Positions 1-13,622 of a stretch of DNA of 64,000 nt are shown in pieces. A program made the translations under genes and the position numbers. The notes beneath the pieces were generated by a model. That model had not been told where the DNA came from and searched no databases. It saw only the letters and a program-made list of their open reading frames with translations. This DNA is from Octopus sinensis (Eukaryota), in assembly GCF_006345805.1 (NCBI RefSeq), contig NC_043002.1:14074001-14138000 (forward strand), written 5' to 3'. The stretch's first letter is position 1. Each line of letters starts with the position of its first letter.

Positions 1-136
1 TAGCAGCAGTCAATTTACCGGTTTGAGAACATTTTTTATTATTTAAAATTTAATAAGGGTAGAAATTGATATTAATCAATTAAAACCAGTGGCCAAGCAT
101 ATTAAAAAAGTCCGAAGATTAAAATATTTTTATATA

Positions 137-450
<314 letters not shown>

Positions 451-539
451 TATACACTCACACACACAAAGATATATTGGTAGATTCAACCGATTAAGCA
501 AACAAAAATATGAGACACGGCCTAGTGCTTTTTTATGTT

Positions 540-730
540 GATAAGCCTGGTACTTATTGTGTTAGTTTGTTCTTTGGAAACCAGTAAGTTAAGAGGATGT
601 AAATAAATGAACAGCAGTTGTGAAGCAGTGATGAGGACGAAACACGGAGACAAAGACACACACATACATTTACATATATACATACATATATATACGATTG
701 ATTTGTTTCAGTTCCTGTCTACGAAATCCA
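540..730 (-). mobile_element. Old, degenerate SINE family A fragment
   Basis: ataagcctggtacttatt and tttcagttcctgtctacgaaatcca resemble the younger family A copies. Confidence 0.5.
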
Positions 731-809
731 TATATATTGTTGCTGGCATCCTTTTTGTCTCGGAAGAAAATGGAGTTGCGCATAAAATAATCTAGTCCGG
801 CTTTTACAT

Positions 810-2425
810 TTCATGTCCTAATACATCTCCTGCTGTGGCTGTGTAGTCCTATCCTGGACAAACACTCCCTCTGCCAGGTGCCGCAAATGTAGCGAAGGCT
901 TTACCTGTCATACTTTCATGTTGACATCTTTTCTTGTCTTTCCATTTCTCCTCTCTATGTCATTCTTTGTGTTCCCTCTTTTACGGTACCTCGCCAATCT
1001 CCACGGTTGCTGGCAACTGCTATCCAGTTGGTAATATTGATGTTGCAGGCATTCATGTCCCTTTTGCAAACATCCTTGTATCGTAAGAACGGTCTTCCCA
1101 CCTAGTTCCCCTAGCAAGCTCTCCGAAGAGTATGTCCTTGGGGATTCTGCTATATTCCATACGGATAACATGTCCAAGCCATATCATACGTCTTTGTGTG
1201 AGGAGTGCAAACATGCTTGGTATTCCTGCTTGCTTGAGGACATCTTTGTTGGGGACATGATTCTGCCATTTGATGCGAAGGAATTTCCGGAGGCAGCGCA
1301 GGGGAAAGATATTTAGGCGACGTATGGCGTAAGTATGGCGTCCAAGTCTCACTTCTATACAGTAGAGTGCTAAGTAGACATGCCTGGTAAACCTTCATTT
1401 TTTGGTCTTGTTGTCCAATGCCCGTTTGGATAGTTGGGCCATCACAGCAGCTGCCTTGCCAATGCGTATATTGAGCTCAGCGTCAAGGGATAGGTTGTAG
1501 GTGACGGTAGAGCTAAGATAGATAAACTTCTCCACCTCTTGTAGCCTGTGGTCTCCAATATGTGTGTTTGGGATGTCCGATGAAGCCTGACCCATGATGT
1601 TGGTCTTCTTGAGGCTGATAACTAAGCCAACGTCGCTACATGCTTGCTCAAAACAATTGATGAGCCTTTGTAGGGCTTCTTCTGTGTGTGATACCAAAGC
1701 GGCATCATCAGCAAATAGCACCTCCTTGATCAGGACGTTTCTGAGTTTGGTCTTGACACGCAGACGCTAGAGATTGAACAGTTTCCCGTCACTTCTACTG
1801 TGCAGAAACACTCCATCATCAGATGTCTGAAAGGCATGTGACAGCAGCAGCGAGACGAAGATGCCAAATAATGTAGGTGCAAGGGCACAACCTTGCTTTA
1901 TCCCGTTTTTTATTTGGAAGGCGGTTGATGTTGGACCATTGTGCTGTATGGTGCTTTGCATATCATCATGGAAAGATTTGATCATCCTCAGCAGCTTTGG
2001 TGGACATCCGACTTTTGGAGCAGGATGAAGAGGCCTTTTCTACTTACCAAGTCAAAGGCCTTTGTCAGATCAATGAAGGCCATATATAATGGCATTTTCT
2101 GCTCTCTGAACTTCTCCTGAAGTTGGCGTATGGAGAATATCATGTTAATAGTTCATCTGCTTCTTCTAAAGCCACACTGCGATTCTGGATAAATTCGAGA
2201 AGCAAGCAGTTGCAGCCTGGACAGGATAATGCGAGCAGAGGTCTTTCCAACAGTGCTTAGAAGGGACATACCACGGTAATTGTTACAATCACCACGGTCA
2301 CCTTTGTTTTTGTAAAGCGTAATGATGTTAGCATCCCGCATATCCTGAGGGACTGTATCCTCTTCGCAGCACTGACACAGAAGCTCATGAAGGTGCCGAG
2401 GCAGGATAGTGTTTTAGCCGGCTAC
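810..2425 (-). mobile_element. RTE-clade (BovB-like) LINE, 5'-truncated, frameshifted reverse transcriptase
   Basis: Colinear RT fragments DANIITLYKNKGDRGDCNNYRG, GIKQGCALAPTLFGIF, LFADDAAL, YLSSTV, WLGHVIRM, and a C-terminal ...RIGLHSH zinc-finger remnant. Confidence 0.95.
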
Positions 2426-2944
2426 AGTACCCTAGTCGTTACCACTCCCAGTGTAGTATTCTTCATCATCCAGGTGACAGGCACAGCCATAAGATACATT
2501 ACAAATATATAGCAATTGGAAGGACGTGACCCAACTGAAATAAACATTAACAACTGTGTGACCTGCATCTGTGTGTGTGTGCGTGTGTGTATGTATGTGC
2601 GTATGGGTGTATATATGTATGCATGTATATATGTGAATTTATGTGTTCATATTACATGTACATCTATATATATATATATATCTACACATATACATGTATA
2701 CATATACATCTATGTGTATAGAAATAAGTGTATACATATACAGTTATACAAACACACACACACACACACGCGCGCATATACATACATAGGTAGAGGTGTG
2801 GCTGTGTGCTAACAAACTTCGTCCCAAAACACATGGTCCTGGGTTTAAATTTAAATTTTAAATAATAAGGGTGAGAAATTGAATATTAATTTGATTAATA
2901 TGAATTGAAAACCAGTGGTGTAGCATATTAGACCATGGCGGATC

Positions 2945-3282
2945 TCCTTCTAGTAAAATGGATGTCCACTGTTAATGGTTCATCCCTCTTATATAATAGT
3001 TTGACTTTAATAGTTTCAGTATTAAAGTGAAAGTATCTGACATTACAATAGAGAGCTGTTTTTATTTCACTTTTAATACGTAATACTGAAATAGTGGAGA
3101 AGATATGATATTGTTGTGGGCTAGCCCTAGGCAATCAGTTAGAAGTTTTTTGCCCACGAGACTACATGGACCCTAAGTAAAGCATGTGTAAAATTTGAAT
3201 GAAATTGGTTGTGTAGTTCTGAAGTTTTAGGGATTCAGACAGACAGACACACATTCTCAGTTTAATATATATATAAATAGAT
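2945..3282 (+). mobile_element. Non-autonomous Helitron/Helentron-like (DINE-type) fragment
   Basis: Ends in aaatttgaatgaaattggttgtgtagttc...(caga)n...ttaatatatatata-aatagat, a tail typical of such elements. Family assignment is from recall. Confidence 0.45.
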
Positions 3283-4177
3283 ATTTATAAAACCTGGAGT
3301 CATGGCGCTTTTCTTGAGTTAGAACGTCATTTGTTTTAACACAATAAATTTAAATTCATATGAACTGCTTAAGCTGTTTATTAGGAGCAAACAAACAATA
3401 TTTTCAGGTTTTATAATAATAATATAAATTTCACGCGGGTAGTATATAAAAAGCAGTGTATATTTGGCGAGACTTCATTATTTCATTTGCCTGTTTAAAT
3501 AATCAATGGACGCTTTTGAAATTAATATTAAAATCAATGCAAGCACATTCTTAATGAAGTAAGGCAAGTAGGCTGGATATGTGATGTTAATATGAAATAA
3601 GCGAGCAGAATGATCGTTAAACTAACAGCGTCTATGATGAAATAATACAATAGTCTGCTGTAAATATTACAGAAAAAGTCTTTGAGAGCAATTTCATAAA
3701 GTAGCTTCAGCCGTAGTGCTTTAGATATGAAGCATTTTGACAACTGTAAGCTGTCATTCATTCATACAAGAGTTTATTTCATTCATACTCACACATAGAC
3801 AAATAATGGGCACCAGGTATGTGGCAAGCTCAAGTGACGTCGATGTCCTGAAATTTATTGAAGACGTCATCCGTAAATGATGTATTTAATGTATCCTACA
3901 ATAACTACATGCCAACATTTATACAAATTAGCGCTGCGGCTCAAAGGTGAATTATTTTCATATCATTGTTGTCATGCTGTCTGAATTAGCTTTTCTCACC
4001 AAAGAAAGGTGTGTTTCTGGTGAGTTATAAATTAATAGATGACATACCAGTTACGAAACCTCGACGAAATACGCTTGTGTGGATACATTTTGAATACATT
4101 TTGCGGAATATTTCCTTTTATGCTCATTTTTACTTTTAATATGTAAAATGGCGGAGTTTTCTTTTTGCATCGATACA

Positions 4178-4256
<79 letters not shown>

Positions 4257-4271
4257 TTAAATATATATATA

Positions 4272-4508
4272 TACAAAAATTTTATAATTATGAGCATAAC
4301 CACGAAACGCGTATGTAATTAATCAAAGCCGGGTGTATTCGTTACTTTTTTCTCTTTACCTGCGCGAGTTGTAGACTATTGCTGTCTGGGAGATATCTTA
4401 AGGTAGTAGAATAGTATTTTAACTGCTATTTCTAAATTTCGGTATGTGTTGAAGCAAATTTTGCTGAAGCCTAATTATAATTATGCTCATAATTATAAAA
4501 ATTTTGTG
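4272..4508. repeat. Foldback element with ~28-bp inverted arms and the 3' half of a hammerhead motif
   Basis: tacaaaaattttataattatgagcataa (4272-4299) versus ttatgctcataattataaaaattttg (4481-4506); CCAC-GAA-ACGCGT-A at 4300-4313. Confidence 0.7.
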
Positions 4509-4764
4509 TAAGTTTACCGATAATGGTTCTTTTAGCATGCCGAAGTACTTTGTAAAATTATTAATTGATTAATTAAGTTTACCCTTCTTTATTATTATAT
4601 GTATATATATATATTCAAAAAGCAATAAAGATTCAAGTTAATTTAAATGAATTTACTTGAATATGGTACCTAACTTAGATGCACCAAAACAAACTATACG
4701 GTTTTAACAATACAGTAATGTGGGGTGATTATAAGCGAGAAAGAAGCAACAAGAATGGATAGGT

Positions 4765-4855
4765 TTTTAGTACAATCGTTTCATACAAGGACAGGCTTTA
4801 TTAAAAGTTGCAAAAATTGCAGCATATAAACGTGTCCCGTACTCATCAGCTAAAA
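4765..4855 (-). ncRNA. Type I hammerhead ribozyme, Penelope-like, near-palindromic stem III
   Basis: Minus strand: UUUUAG-CUGAUGA-GUAC GGGACA...UGUCCU U GUAU-GAA-ACGAUUGU-A^CUAAAA. Full core, 6-bp stem I, long stem II, GUA cleavage triplet. Confidence 0.85.
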
Positions 4856-5189
4856 TACATGTGAGTTCTCTAGACATCCTAGTGGTTGAGGCAATACTCA
4901 TGAAGTAATGTATATATATATATATATACCTTCTTGAGGTGGGGGCGGCAATTTTCTTGGCTCCCTTCGCCGTCCACAGAAATAGCGTTCGTAATACTTT
5001 TTTTCGTTCGGCTTAACAGCCCTTCTTGTCTATTTATTTTCCTTGACTTGTCTTTTACTGCTTATATTTTGTACTGTCATTACTGTCCTGTTTTTGTTAC
5101 CATTTTTACCCCTCTGCAAAAAGATCTCAAATTTTATTTGATTTGCTTTTCGCAGGAAGGAAAGTTTCTATCGAAGATTCGTCTCACCT

Positions 5190-5410
5190 TCACCTTCGAA
5201 ACGTAGAGTAGATGAAACCATGGCGACTGAAGAAGGGGTTTTTTCCTTGTGTTATTTGTCCTGTACTCTATTTTTGTTGTTGTTTAAGACAAATGTCCAG
5301 TTCCTTGGGTTTGTGTCTAGATTTTCGTTTCTCATTGTGTTCGACGTTTTTTTGTGTGTCCTGTACTCATATATGCGTGTATATATACATGTAGAGGTAG
5401 GTACGTACAT
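5190..5410 (+). mobile_element. Dispersed non-coding repeat (working family P2), probably a non-autonomous Penelope-like terminal repeat
   Basis: Homologous to 41775-41995 (gagtagatgaaac...actgaagaagggg...tttctcattgtgttc). Confidence 0.55.
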
Positions 5411-5499
5411 ATATGTATATATATATATATGCATATGTTTTATTTATTAATATATTATATGACGGAACGCACGCATCCCTTTCTAAGTAAGATTGTTCT

Positions 5500-5534
<35 letters not shown>

Positions 5535-5784
5535 CCTTTGCATCTCTGGCTGTTTTCAATGTATTCTTAAACGGATTAACCAAATCAAATCAAATTTTAC
5601 ATGACAATATTATGAGACTCCAGGATTGACAACATGTAATTTTTTTAGATTAAAGCAATACGACATTGGCACTATTTCCTTATTAAATCTCAAAACTCGA
5701 AGGATAAAAGTGAAATTTCCGATGGTATAACAGTTATAAATAGTTTCACTTTTAATAATTCATTATGTATATACATACATACAG

Positions 5785-5819
<35 letters not shown>

Positions 5820-5827
5820 TAATATAT

Positions 5828-5879
<52 letters not shown>

Positions 5880-6405
5880 TATAGATAGATAGATAGATAG
5901 ATAGACCGGTATTATGATTGTCAAAAGAGGGTGTAAGGCGCCCCTTTCTTCTGATAGCCTACAGGTCACCATTGGACAAGGTGTAGTATCTGCTAGCATC
6001 CCGGGTCAGGGTAAGGTCGAAGACGTCGGCAGCAGGGCGTTGGGTGGTCAAGAAGGCAGCAGAGTCATGTAGATCAACGGTTTCAAAACCACTGCAGCTA
6101 CGCGGACGATCGATACTTGGATAAATATCATACATGAACTTGTGTCTGTTTATGATACGACGATAATAAATGAGTTGTATGTGTCATTGACGGTCGGTTT
6201 CAGATGCACATCGAGTTTTCTTTCTCTGTCGCTGATCTAGAACCTGTGCGCGCATCTCATCATCGTTCTCTGATGCACGTCCTGCGTTTGTTTGTTGTTC
6301 GTCTTGTGACGATCTTTATGTATGGGACATTGTTTTGAATAATAAATATCAGTAAATAATAGTGAAATAAAATTCGGACACAGTAATGCAAGTAACATAT
6401 GTATG

Positions 6406-6580
6406 GGCGTAGGAGTGACTTGCTTACAAACCACATGTTTCCGGGTTCAGTCCCACAGCGTGGCAACTTGGGCAAGTGTTTCTTACTATAGCCTCGGGCA
6501 ACAAATGCCTTGTGAATGGATTTGGTAGACGGTAACTGAAAGAAGCTCATCGTATATATATATATATATATATTATATAT

Positions 6581-6622
<42 letters not shown>

Positions 6623-6868
6623 TATATATGTATATATGTGTGTGCGTGTGTGTGTATATGTTTGCGTGTCTGTGTTTGTCCCCCCTAACATCGCTTGACA
6701 ATCGATGCTTGTGTGTTTACGTCTTCGTAACTTAGTCGTTCGGCAAAAGACCGATAGAATAATTACTAGGATTACAACGAATAAGTCCTGGGGTGGATTT
6801 GCTCGACTAAAGGCGGTGCTCCATCATGGCCACAGTCACATGACTGAAACAAGTAAAAGAGTAAAGAG
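6406..6868 (+). mobile_element. tRNA-derived SINE family A (CORE-like domain, internal microsatellite)
   Basis: B-box-like ggttcagtcc, CORE-like ttgggcaagtgtttc, tail gactgaaacaagtaaaagagtaaagag; more than ten homologues in the window. Confidence 0.9.
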
Positions 6869-7164
6869 TTATCATGTAGAAGAATAGTTTAAGAGAATGA
6901 GAAATGTTTTTGATAAGGAGTATCAGCAAGTTATCGTAAATTGAAAGTAAAGATGTATGAATATCAGTAAGTAATAGAGAACTGAATTTTCAAATGCTGA
7001 ATGGTGTCAGTGGTTTTTGCTGAAATTCCGACGGTATATTACAGGAATGTAGGGTAAGGTGTTGTGTAACTGTCTTTTTGTTGGTGTGTCGATGATTTTC
7101 GTTTCGCTGTGAATTTGTGTGTGTGCTTATGGCTTCACTGTCAGAGTGTCTCTGCTCATATTCT

Positions 7165-9224
7165 GGTTAATATAGGGCGTAACAAATATCAGAAAATCCA
7201 AAAAAAAATGTGTGTAATAGGTGTAAAACAACTTCCTATGAACGAATATGAAAAAAAAAATTCGCGCACGCGAAAGGGGGGTGGGGGAGAGGCCTCGGAA
7301 AATTCACATCGGGAAGTTCCGAAAGCGTCTGAGGGGCTGACCCGGGCACCAAAACAAAAAAAAATTGTGTAATATGTGTAAAACAACTTGCTCTAAACGA
7401 ATATGAAAAAAAAAATGCGCTCTCGAGAAAGAGGGGTGGGGGAGAGGCCTCGGAATATTTATATCGGGAATTTCCGAAAGCGTCTGAAACGGGCACAAAA
7501 ACAAAAAAAAAAACAGCGTAATAGGTGTAAAACAACTTGCTCTAAACGACTATCATGAAAAAAATGCGCGCTCGCGAAAGGGGGGTGGGGGAGAGGCTTC
7601 GGAAATTTCACATCTTCAGTCCACGGCCTTTAAACTAAGAAAAAATAGTGTAATTGGTGTAAAACTACTTGTTCTAAACGAGTATCAAGAACACACACTC
7701 ACACATGAATCATAAACTCCGTATTTCGCAAAAAAAAAAAAAAATAAAGAGAAGAAATTCTGGAAAAAGTGAAGAAATGTTGGATCTCCGCCATGTGAAT
7801 CAAAATACGTGTCAGAAACATCTTGAAATACTACAGAAATTATGTTACGAAAATGATAATGTATACATACCTCTTTGAGTGGTCCATCGATAATGATGAT
7901 AAAGAAATGAGTTGGATTTGAACTCAGAATATTGACTAACACAACTACATACTACAAGACTCAAAATATTCAGCCAAGTCACCACCCTTTAACTAGCAAT
8001 AATAATAACATCAATAACATAACAGCCAAAAGATTTATTTGTTCTGAAAATAACAATCATAGTAAATAAATATGTTCTTTAATATTCACATTCATGTGCA
8101 CAGTTAAACACACTTACATACAAACAGTCACGCATGCATAATACAGAACGGAACACATAAATGAAGGATGCATTACTTAGTATATATTACATCTAGAGAA
8201 TTTTGATTAATAAGTCAAATATGCAAATTATAAAGATAATTAATTGCTTACTAAACAGTGTTGTAAAGGTGAAAAAATAAATTGGGAAAAAAATACACGC
8301 CAAAACTAATTAATAAAGGATAATTAGGGAAGGATTGACACAAAATAATAATTTTTTCTGTCTCTTTTTTTCTGATAAATGCATCTTAATAAGTGAGAAG
8401 AATTGCATATATCTGAACTATTTCAAAGAAAAGCATTGTAGTATGTAGTTGTGTTAGTCAATATTCTGAGTTCAAATCCAACTCATTTCTTTATCATCAT
8501 TATCGATGGACCACTCAAAGAGGTATGTATACATTATCATTTTCGTAACATAATTTCTGTAGTATTTCAAGATGTTTCTGACACGTATTTTGATTCACAT
8601 GGCGGAGATCCAACATTTCTTCACTTTTTCCAGAATTTCTTCTCTTTATTTATTTTTTTTTTTGCGAAATACGGAGTTTATGATTCATGTGTGAGTGTGT
8701 GTTCTTGATACTCGTTTAGAACAAGTAGTTTTACACCAATTACACTATTTTTTCTTAGTTTAAAGGCCGTGGACTGAAGATGTGAAATTTCCGAAGCCTC
8801 TCCCCCACCCCCCTTTCGCGAGCGCGCATTTTTTTCATGATAGTCGTTTAGAGCAAGTTGTTTTACACCTATTACGCTGTTTTTGTTTTTGTGCCCGGTT
8901 CAGACGCTTTCGGAAATTCCCGATATAAATATTCCGAGGCCTCTCCCCCACCCCTCTTTCGCGAGAGCGCATTTTTTTTTGTCATATTCGTTTAGAGCAA
9001 GTTGTTTTACACATATTACACTATTTTTTTTTTGTTTTGGTGCCCGGGTCAGCTCCTCAGACGCTTTCGGAACTTCCCGATGTGAATTTTCCGAGGCCTC
9101 TCCCCCACCCCCCTTTCGCGTGCGCGAATTTTTTTTTTCATATTCGTTCATAGGAAGTTGTTTTACACCTATTACACACATTTTTTTTGGGATTTTCTGA
9201 TATTTGTTACGCCCTATATTAACC
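7165..9224. mobile_element. Foldback-type non-autonomous DNA transposon: ~790-bp TIRs, 478-bp spacer, 8-bp TSD
   Basis: Arms 7165-7957 and 8436-9224 are near-identical reverse complements; termini GGTTAA...TTAACC; CATATTCT at both 7157-7164 and 9225-9232. Confidence 0.92.
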
Positions 9225-9232
9225 CATATTCT

Positions 9233-9738
<506 letters not shown>

Positions 9739-10289
9739 TGGGAAAGAAATTTGTACATTTATATCTGAACGGAGAAGTTAAAAAAGTAGGTATATCTGAA
9801 GCATGAATAAATATACATATATATATATGAGTGTGAGTGTATCTGTGTGTATGTGTGTGTGTGTGTTCTTTTAGAGGGAGAGAAAGAGAGATAGACAGAA
9901 AAAAATAGCGGCGTCATTTTTTTAGATTTCTGCTCTGCAGGTGAAAATAGACAAACACTCACCATTATAATTTTCTTTTATCTTTTCTTTCTTTTCACCT
10001 TTTACTTGTTTCCGTCATTTCATTGTGACCATGCTGGGGCAACTCCTCGAAGAATTTTTAGTTGGACGTATTGACCGCAGAATTTTTAAACTTTTTTTTT
10101 ACTTGTGGCAGTCATTAGATAGATAGCTAGATAGATTGAGAGATAGAGAGAAAGAGAAAGAGAGAGAGAGAGATGGAGGGAGAGGGATATTGACTGTTTA
10201 ATTGTGCAGAACAGATCATCCTTGGATAAATAAATGAATAAATGTATATGAGATGGTGGTTGTCATTGTCTTGAAAGCAGACTATACTC

Positions 10290-10815
10290 GCAACAGGACA
10301 ATTTCCGACCAAACAGGACAGAAAGATTATAAAGGCATGCCTGATCTCGATTACTGGGACCGCCTTAAAGCCTTGACACTTTACTCTTTCCAGCGGTGCC
10401 CCGAGAGGTACGTTATTTGTTCGATGTGGAGAATATACGGCCAGCATTACCCAAACGACCAGAACATTAGTTTCAAGGTTCATCCAAGGCTGGGAGCACG
10501 GACCATACGTACCCTGCCCAATTCAAGATCACAAGATATAGATATACTGCGACATAATTTCTTTTCCTCAACAAGCCCTGCCCTGTTTAACATTGTCCCC
10601 AAACTGATTAAAGAGGAAAATAATCCCATCAATTTTAAACGGAGTCTGGACAGATTTCTTCAAGGAAAACCGGATAAGCCACTCATACCTGGATACAACT
10701 CACTCAACAAGAGCTCACTACTTGAATGGACCATAAACAAAACTTGATTTAAACAGGATTTAGATAATCCTATCAGGTGGTGCTATTAAGTTAGATATGG
10801 CCTGGACTAATCTTT
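10290..10815 (+). mobile_element. CR1-clade LINE 3' end
   Basis: ORF 10253-10747: LDYWDRLKALTLYS..R..RY and FKRSLDRFL..PDKP, typical of the CR1 ORF2 C-terminus, followed by a short 3' UTR. Confidence 0.85.
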
Positions 10816-10939
10816 GGTGGAAACATATATATATATATTATATATATATATATACACACACATATATCTATCGTTGCCGAATTACATATATATATATATT
10901 TAGGAAAGTTCATGTCCAGACTGCCTATCATTACATAGA

Positions 10940-11610
10940 TTTTATATAACCATATATAAATGCATACCTACCATGTATTCATACGTACACATGCATATGT
11001 GCATATATATATATATATGAATATATATATATATACAGACATATATATATATATACACATATATATATATATATATGAATATGTATGTGCGTGTGTGTAT
11101 GCGTTCGCGCGAGGCTCCATGTGTGTGTGTGTGCTTGTGTATCATATTTGTTTACATGAATGAGTGTAGCTATGCACTAACGCATACACACACACATATA
11201 TATGTGACTCATATAATAGTGTTTTTCTGCATCCATGTATATAAATGTTTGTGTTGGGCATATGTTGGCGAAGTCTATTTTGTACGTCTAAATATATATT
11301 TGGTATGGAATAATATAAAAGTATTCTAGTCAGTCTGGTCTAAGATATTATTAGCAATGGCACGAAATGATCTTTGTAAATATAAAGAATGTAGTAAATG
11401 GCAATATACACAAACAGAATATGCATAAAACATTTTCACAGCCAGATTTGCTATTATTATTTCAGATATACATTCATTCTTCCCGCGTTGAACTGAATAA
11501 AGATAAACGTGACGGGATACAAGTTGCAGTACATGAATATCATAAAATTAAGGTAGGTATATATATGTATATATATACATACATACATGTAGGCATATAC
11601 ATTTATATAA

Positions 11611-11641
<31 letters not shown>

Positions 11642-12239
11642 CATATATATCTAGAAATATATACATATACATATATATATATACATATACATACATACAT
11701 ACATATATATATATATATACATATACATACATACATACATAATATATATATATTATATATATATATTATATATAATATAAATATATGTGTATATGTATAC
11801 ACACACACATATATAGAGAGAGAGACAGAGGGAGGTGTCATATGTTGAAGTAATACTACCGCCAATTATCTCCATTGTTATGTCCATAAATAGACATGCT
11901 TCTGACCCCTCTTTTTATATATAGGTGTGTGTGTATATATAGGTGTGTGTGTATATGTGCGTGTGTGTGTATATATCTAGGCATATAAATTGATATATAA
12001 ACATACATACGCATAGATACATATACATACACACACGCATACACACACACACACATATATATATATATAGAGAGAGAGAGGGGAGAGAGAGAGAAAGGGA
12101 GAGAGAAAGAGAGAGAGTATGCGTAAGGTGCATCTTAGCCTCAAACCTTTCTTATAGGAATAATTTCTACCAATATTTTTTTCGAATCTTTTTTTAAACA
12201 CATTAAGATACATATATATGTATGCATACACATACGCAA

Positions 12240-12270
<31 letters not shown>

Positions 12271-12290
12271 AACAAAGCAACACAATGTGG
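10940..12290. repeat. Compound (TA)/(CA)/(TACA)/(GA) microsatellite field
   Basis: Direct reading; source of several Y/I-rich pseudo-ORFs. Confidence 0.85.
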
Positions 12291-12429
12291 ATAGAAGCGA
12301 CACAAAGATTAATCACAAAAAATAAATGTTATGATGCGACTTGATTTTGGGGCACGACTGAAACGCTATACATTATTTGCACCATTTGGTAAATAGTCCA
12401 CCAATGTTATCCAAATGATATCGGTATTA

Positions 12430-12645
12430 TATTTACAATTCACCCAAGGCTAGGCCCCCTTGCAATGTGTCCCCTACAAAGGTCGAGATCACATCACATA
12501 AGAACATTGCAAGACAGTTTCTTCACTGCTTGAGTGGTCCTTGGTGTCCAGAAATAATTAACTAAATGACTTTTCCAGATGATGCTATTGAGTTAGTCAT
12601 GGCCTGGGCCGATAATGGCCGAAGCCAACCTAAGTTATCTAAGTT
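12430..12645 (+). mobile_element. Degenerate CR1 3' fragment
   Basis: Translates as HPRLG...RSRSHHIRTLQDSFF, matching the 10490 copy; the gatgctattgagttagtcatggcctgg tail matches 10780-10805. Confidence 0.6.
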
Positions 12646-12654
12646 ATATATACA

Positions 12655-12724
<70 letters not shown>

Positions 12725-12753
12725 ATATATATATATATGTACATATATATATA

Positions 12754-12803
<50 letters not shown>

Positions 12804-12813
12804 TATATATATA

Positions 12814-12885
<72 letters not shown>
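12645..12885. repeat. (TA)n array with a 60-bp higher-order duplication
   Basis: gtacatatatatatatctatat recurs 60 bp apart (about 12739 and 12799). Confidence 0.85.
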
Positions 12886-12889
<4 letters not shown>

Positions 12890-13215
12890 GCTGAGACCCC
12901 TTCGGTCATGACTCACCATGGGATTGCACCTAGAACGTTACTCTCCCAGGCGAATTTCGGCCAAGATTGTTTATGGAAGGCCAGCAGTCACCCATGCATA
13001 ACGGCCTTCCCCCTTCACGCCACCAAGAGAAAGGCAAAGGCCGATACAACTTGGCATCTGTGACGTCGCAACTCATTTCTACAGCTGAGTGAACGGGAGC
13101 AACGTGAAATAAAGTGTCTTGCTCAAGAACACAACACGCAGACCGGTCCGGTATTCGAACTCACAACCTCACGATCGTAAGCTCGACGCTCTAATCACTG
13201 AGCCATGCGCCTTCA
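12890..13215 (-). mobile_element. tRNA-derived SINE family D with RTE-like 3' tail
   Basis: Head GGCGCATGGCTCAGTGATTAGAGC...GAGTTCGAATACC; tail ccatgggattgcacctagaa shared with 22690-22845. Confidence 0.85.
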
Positions 13216-13259
13216 CACACACACACACAAACAAACACACACTCACACACACACACACA

Positions 13260-13295
<36 letters not shown>

Positions 13296-13622
13296 CACAC
13301 AGTCTATAGTGTCCAAATGTTTGTGCCGAACGTTAGCTCACTCACTAAAAGGAATAGTCGTCATCAGAACAGTTGCGCTATATATCATGACTCAGCTGTC
13401 GAAGTTATCGCAGAACAATGTGTGAGTAAACGTTTTGCCCAAGAGCAAAACATACTATTCCGTCTTGGAATTGAAACTACCATCTCGTGATCGTGAATGC
13501 AGCACTCCAAACAACAGGGCATGCAATCTTACTATATATATATGTATATATAGAGTACGTAATTGCTTAGAACACCCGTGAACTAAACCCCCATATTCTG
13601 CATATATATATATATATATATA

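Noticed and set aside
5196-5240. CGAAAC...CTGAAGAAGGGG in family P2 as a type II hammerhead
   Set aside because: Stem I cannot form in either copy (5196 or 41780).
5905-6100. GC-rich patch, possibly a retroelement leader
   Set aside because: No ORF, partner copy or motif to support a call.
7210-7690. Regularly spaced repeats as a CRISPR-like array
   Set aside because: The units repeat in full, with no unique spacers, and the context is eukaryotic.
7685-8708. Twin 85-aa ORFs on opposite strands, and a possible 40-nt intron in each arm
   Set aside because: A consequence of the foldback arms; GTG start, no recognisable transposase or other domain.
13140-13215. tRNA-like sequences here and at 28090-28165, 47645-47714 and 61025-61097
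   Set aside because: A and B boxes are present but there is no proper acceptor stem, and they continue into SINE bodies; not tRNA genes.
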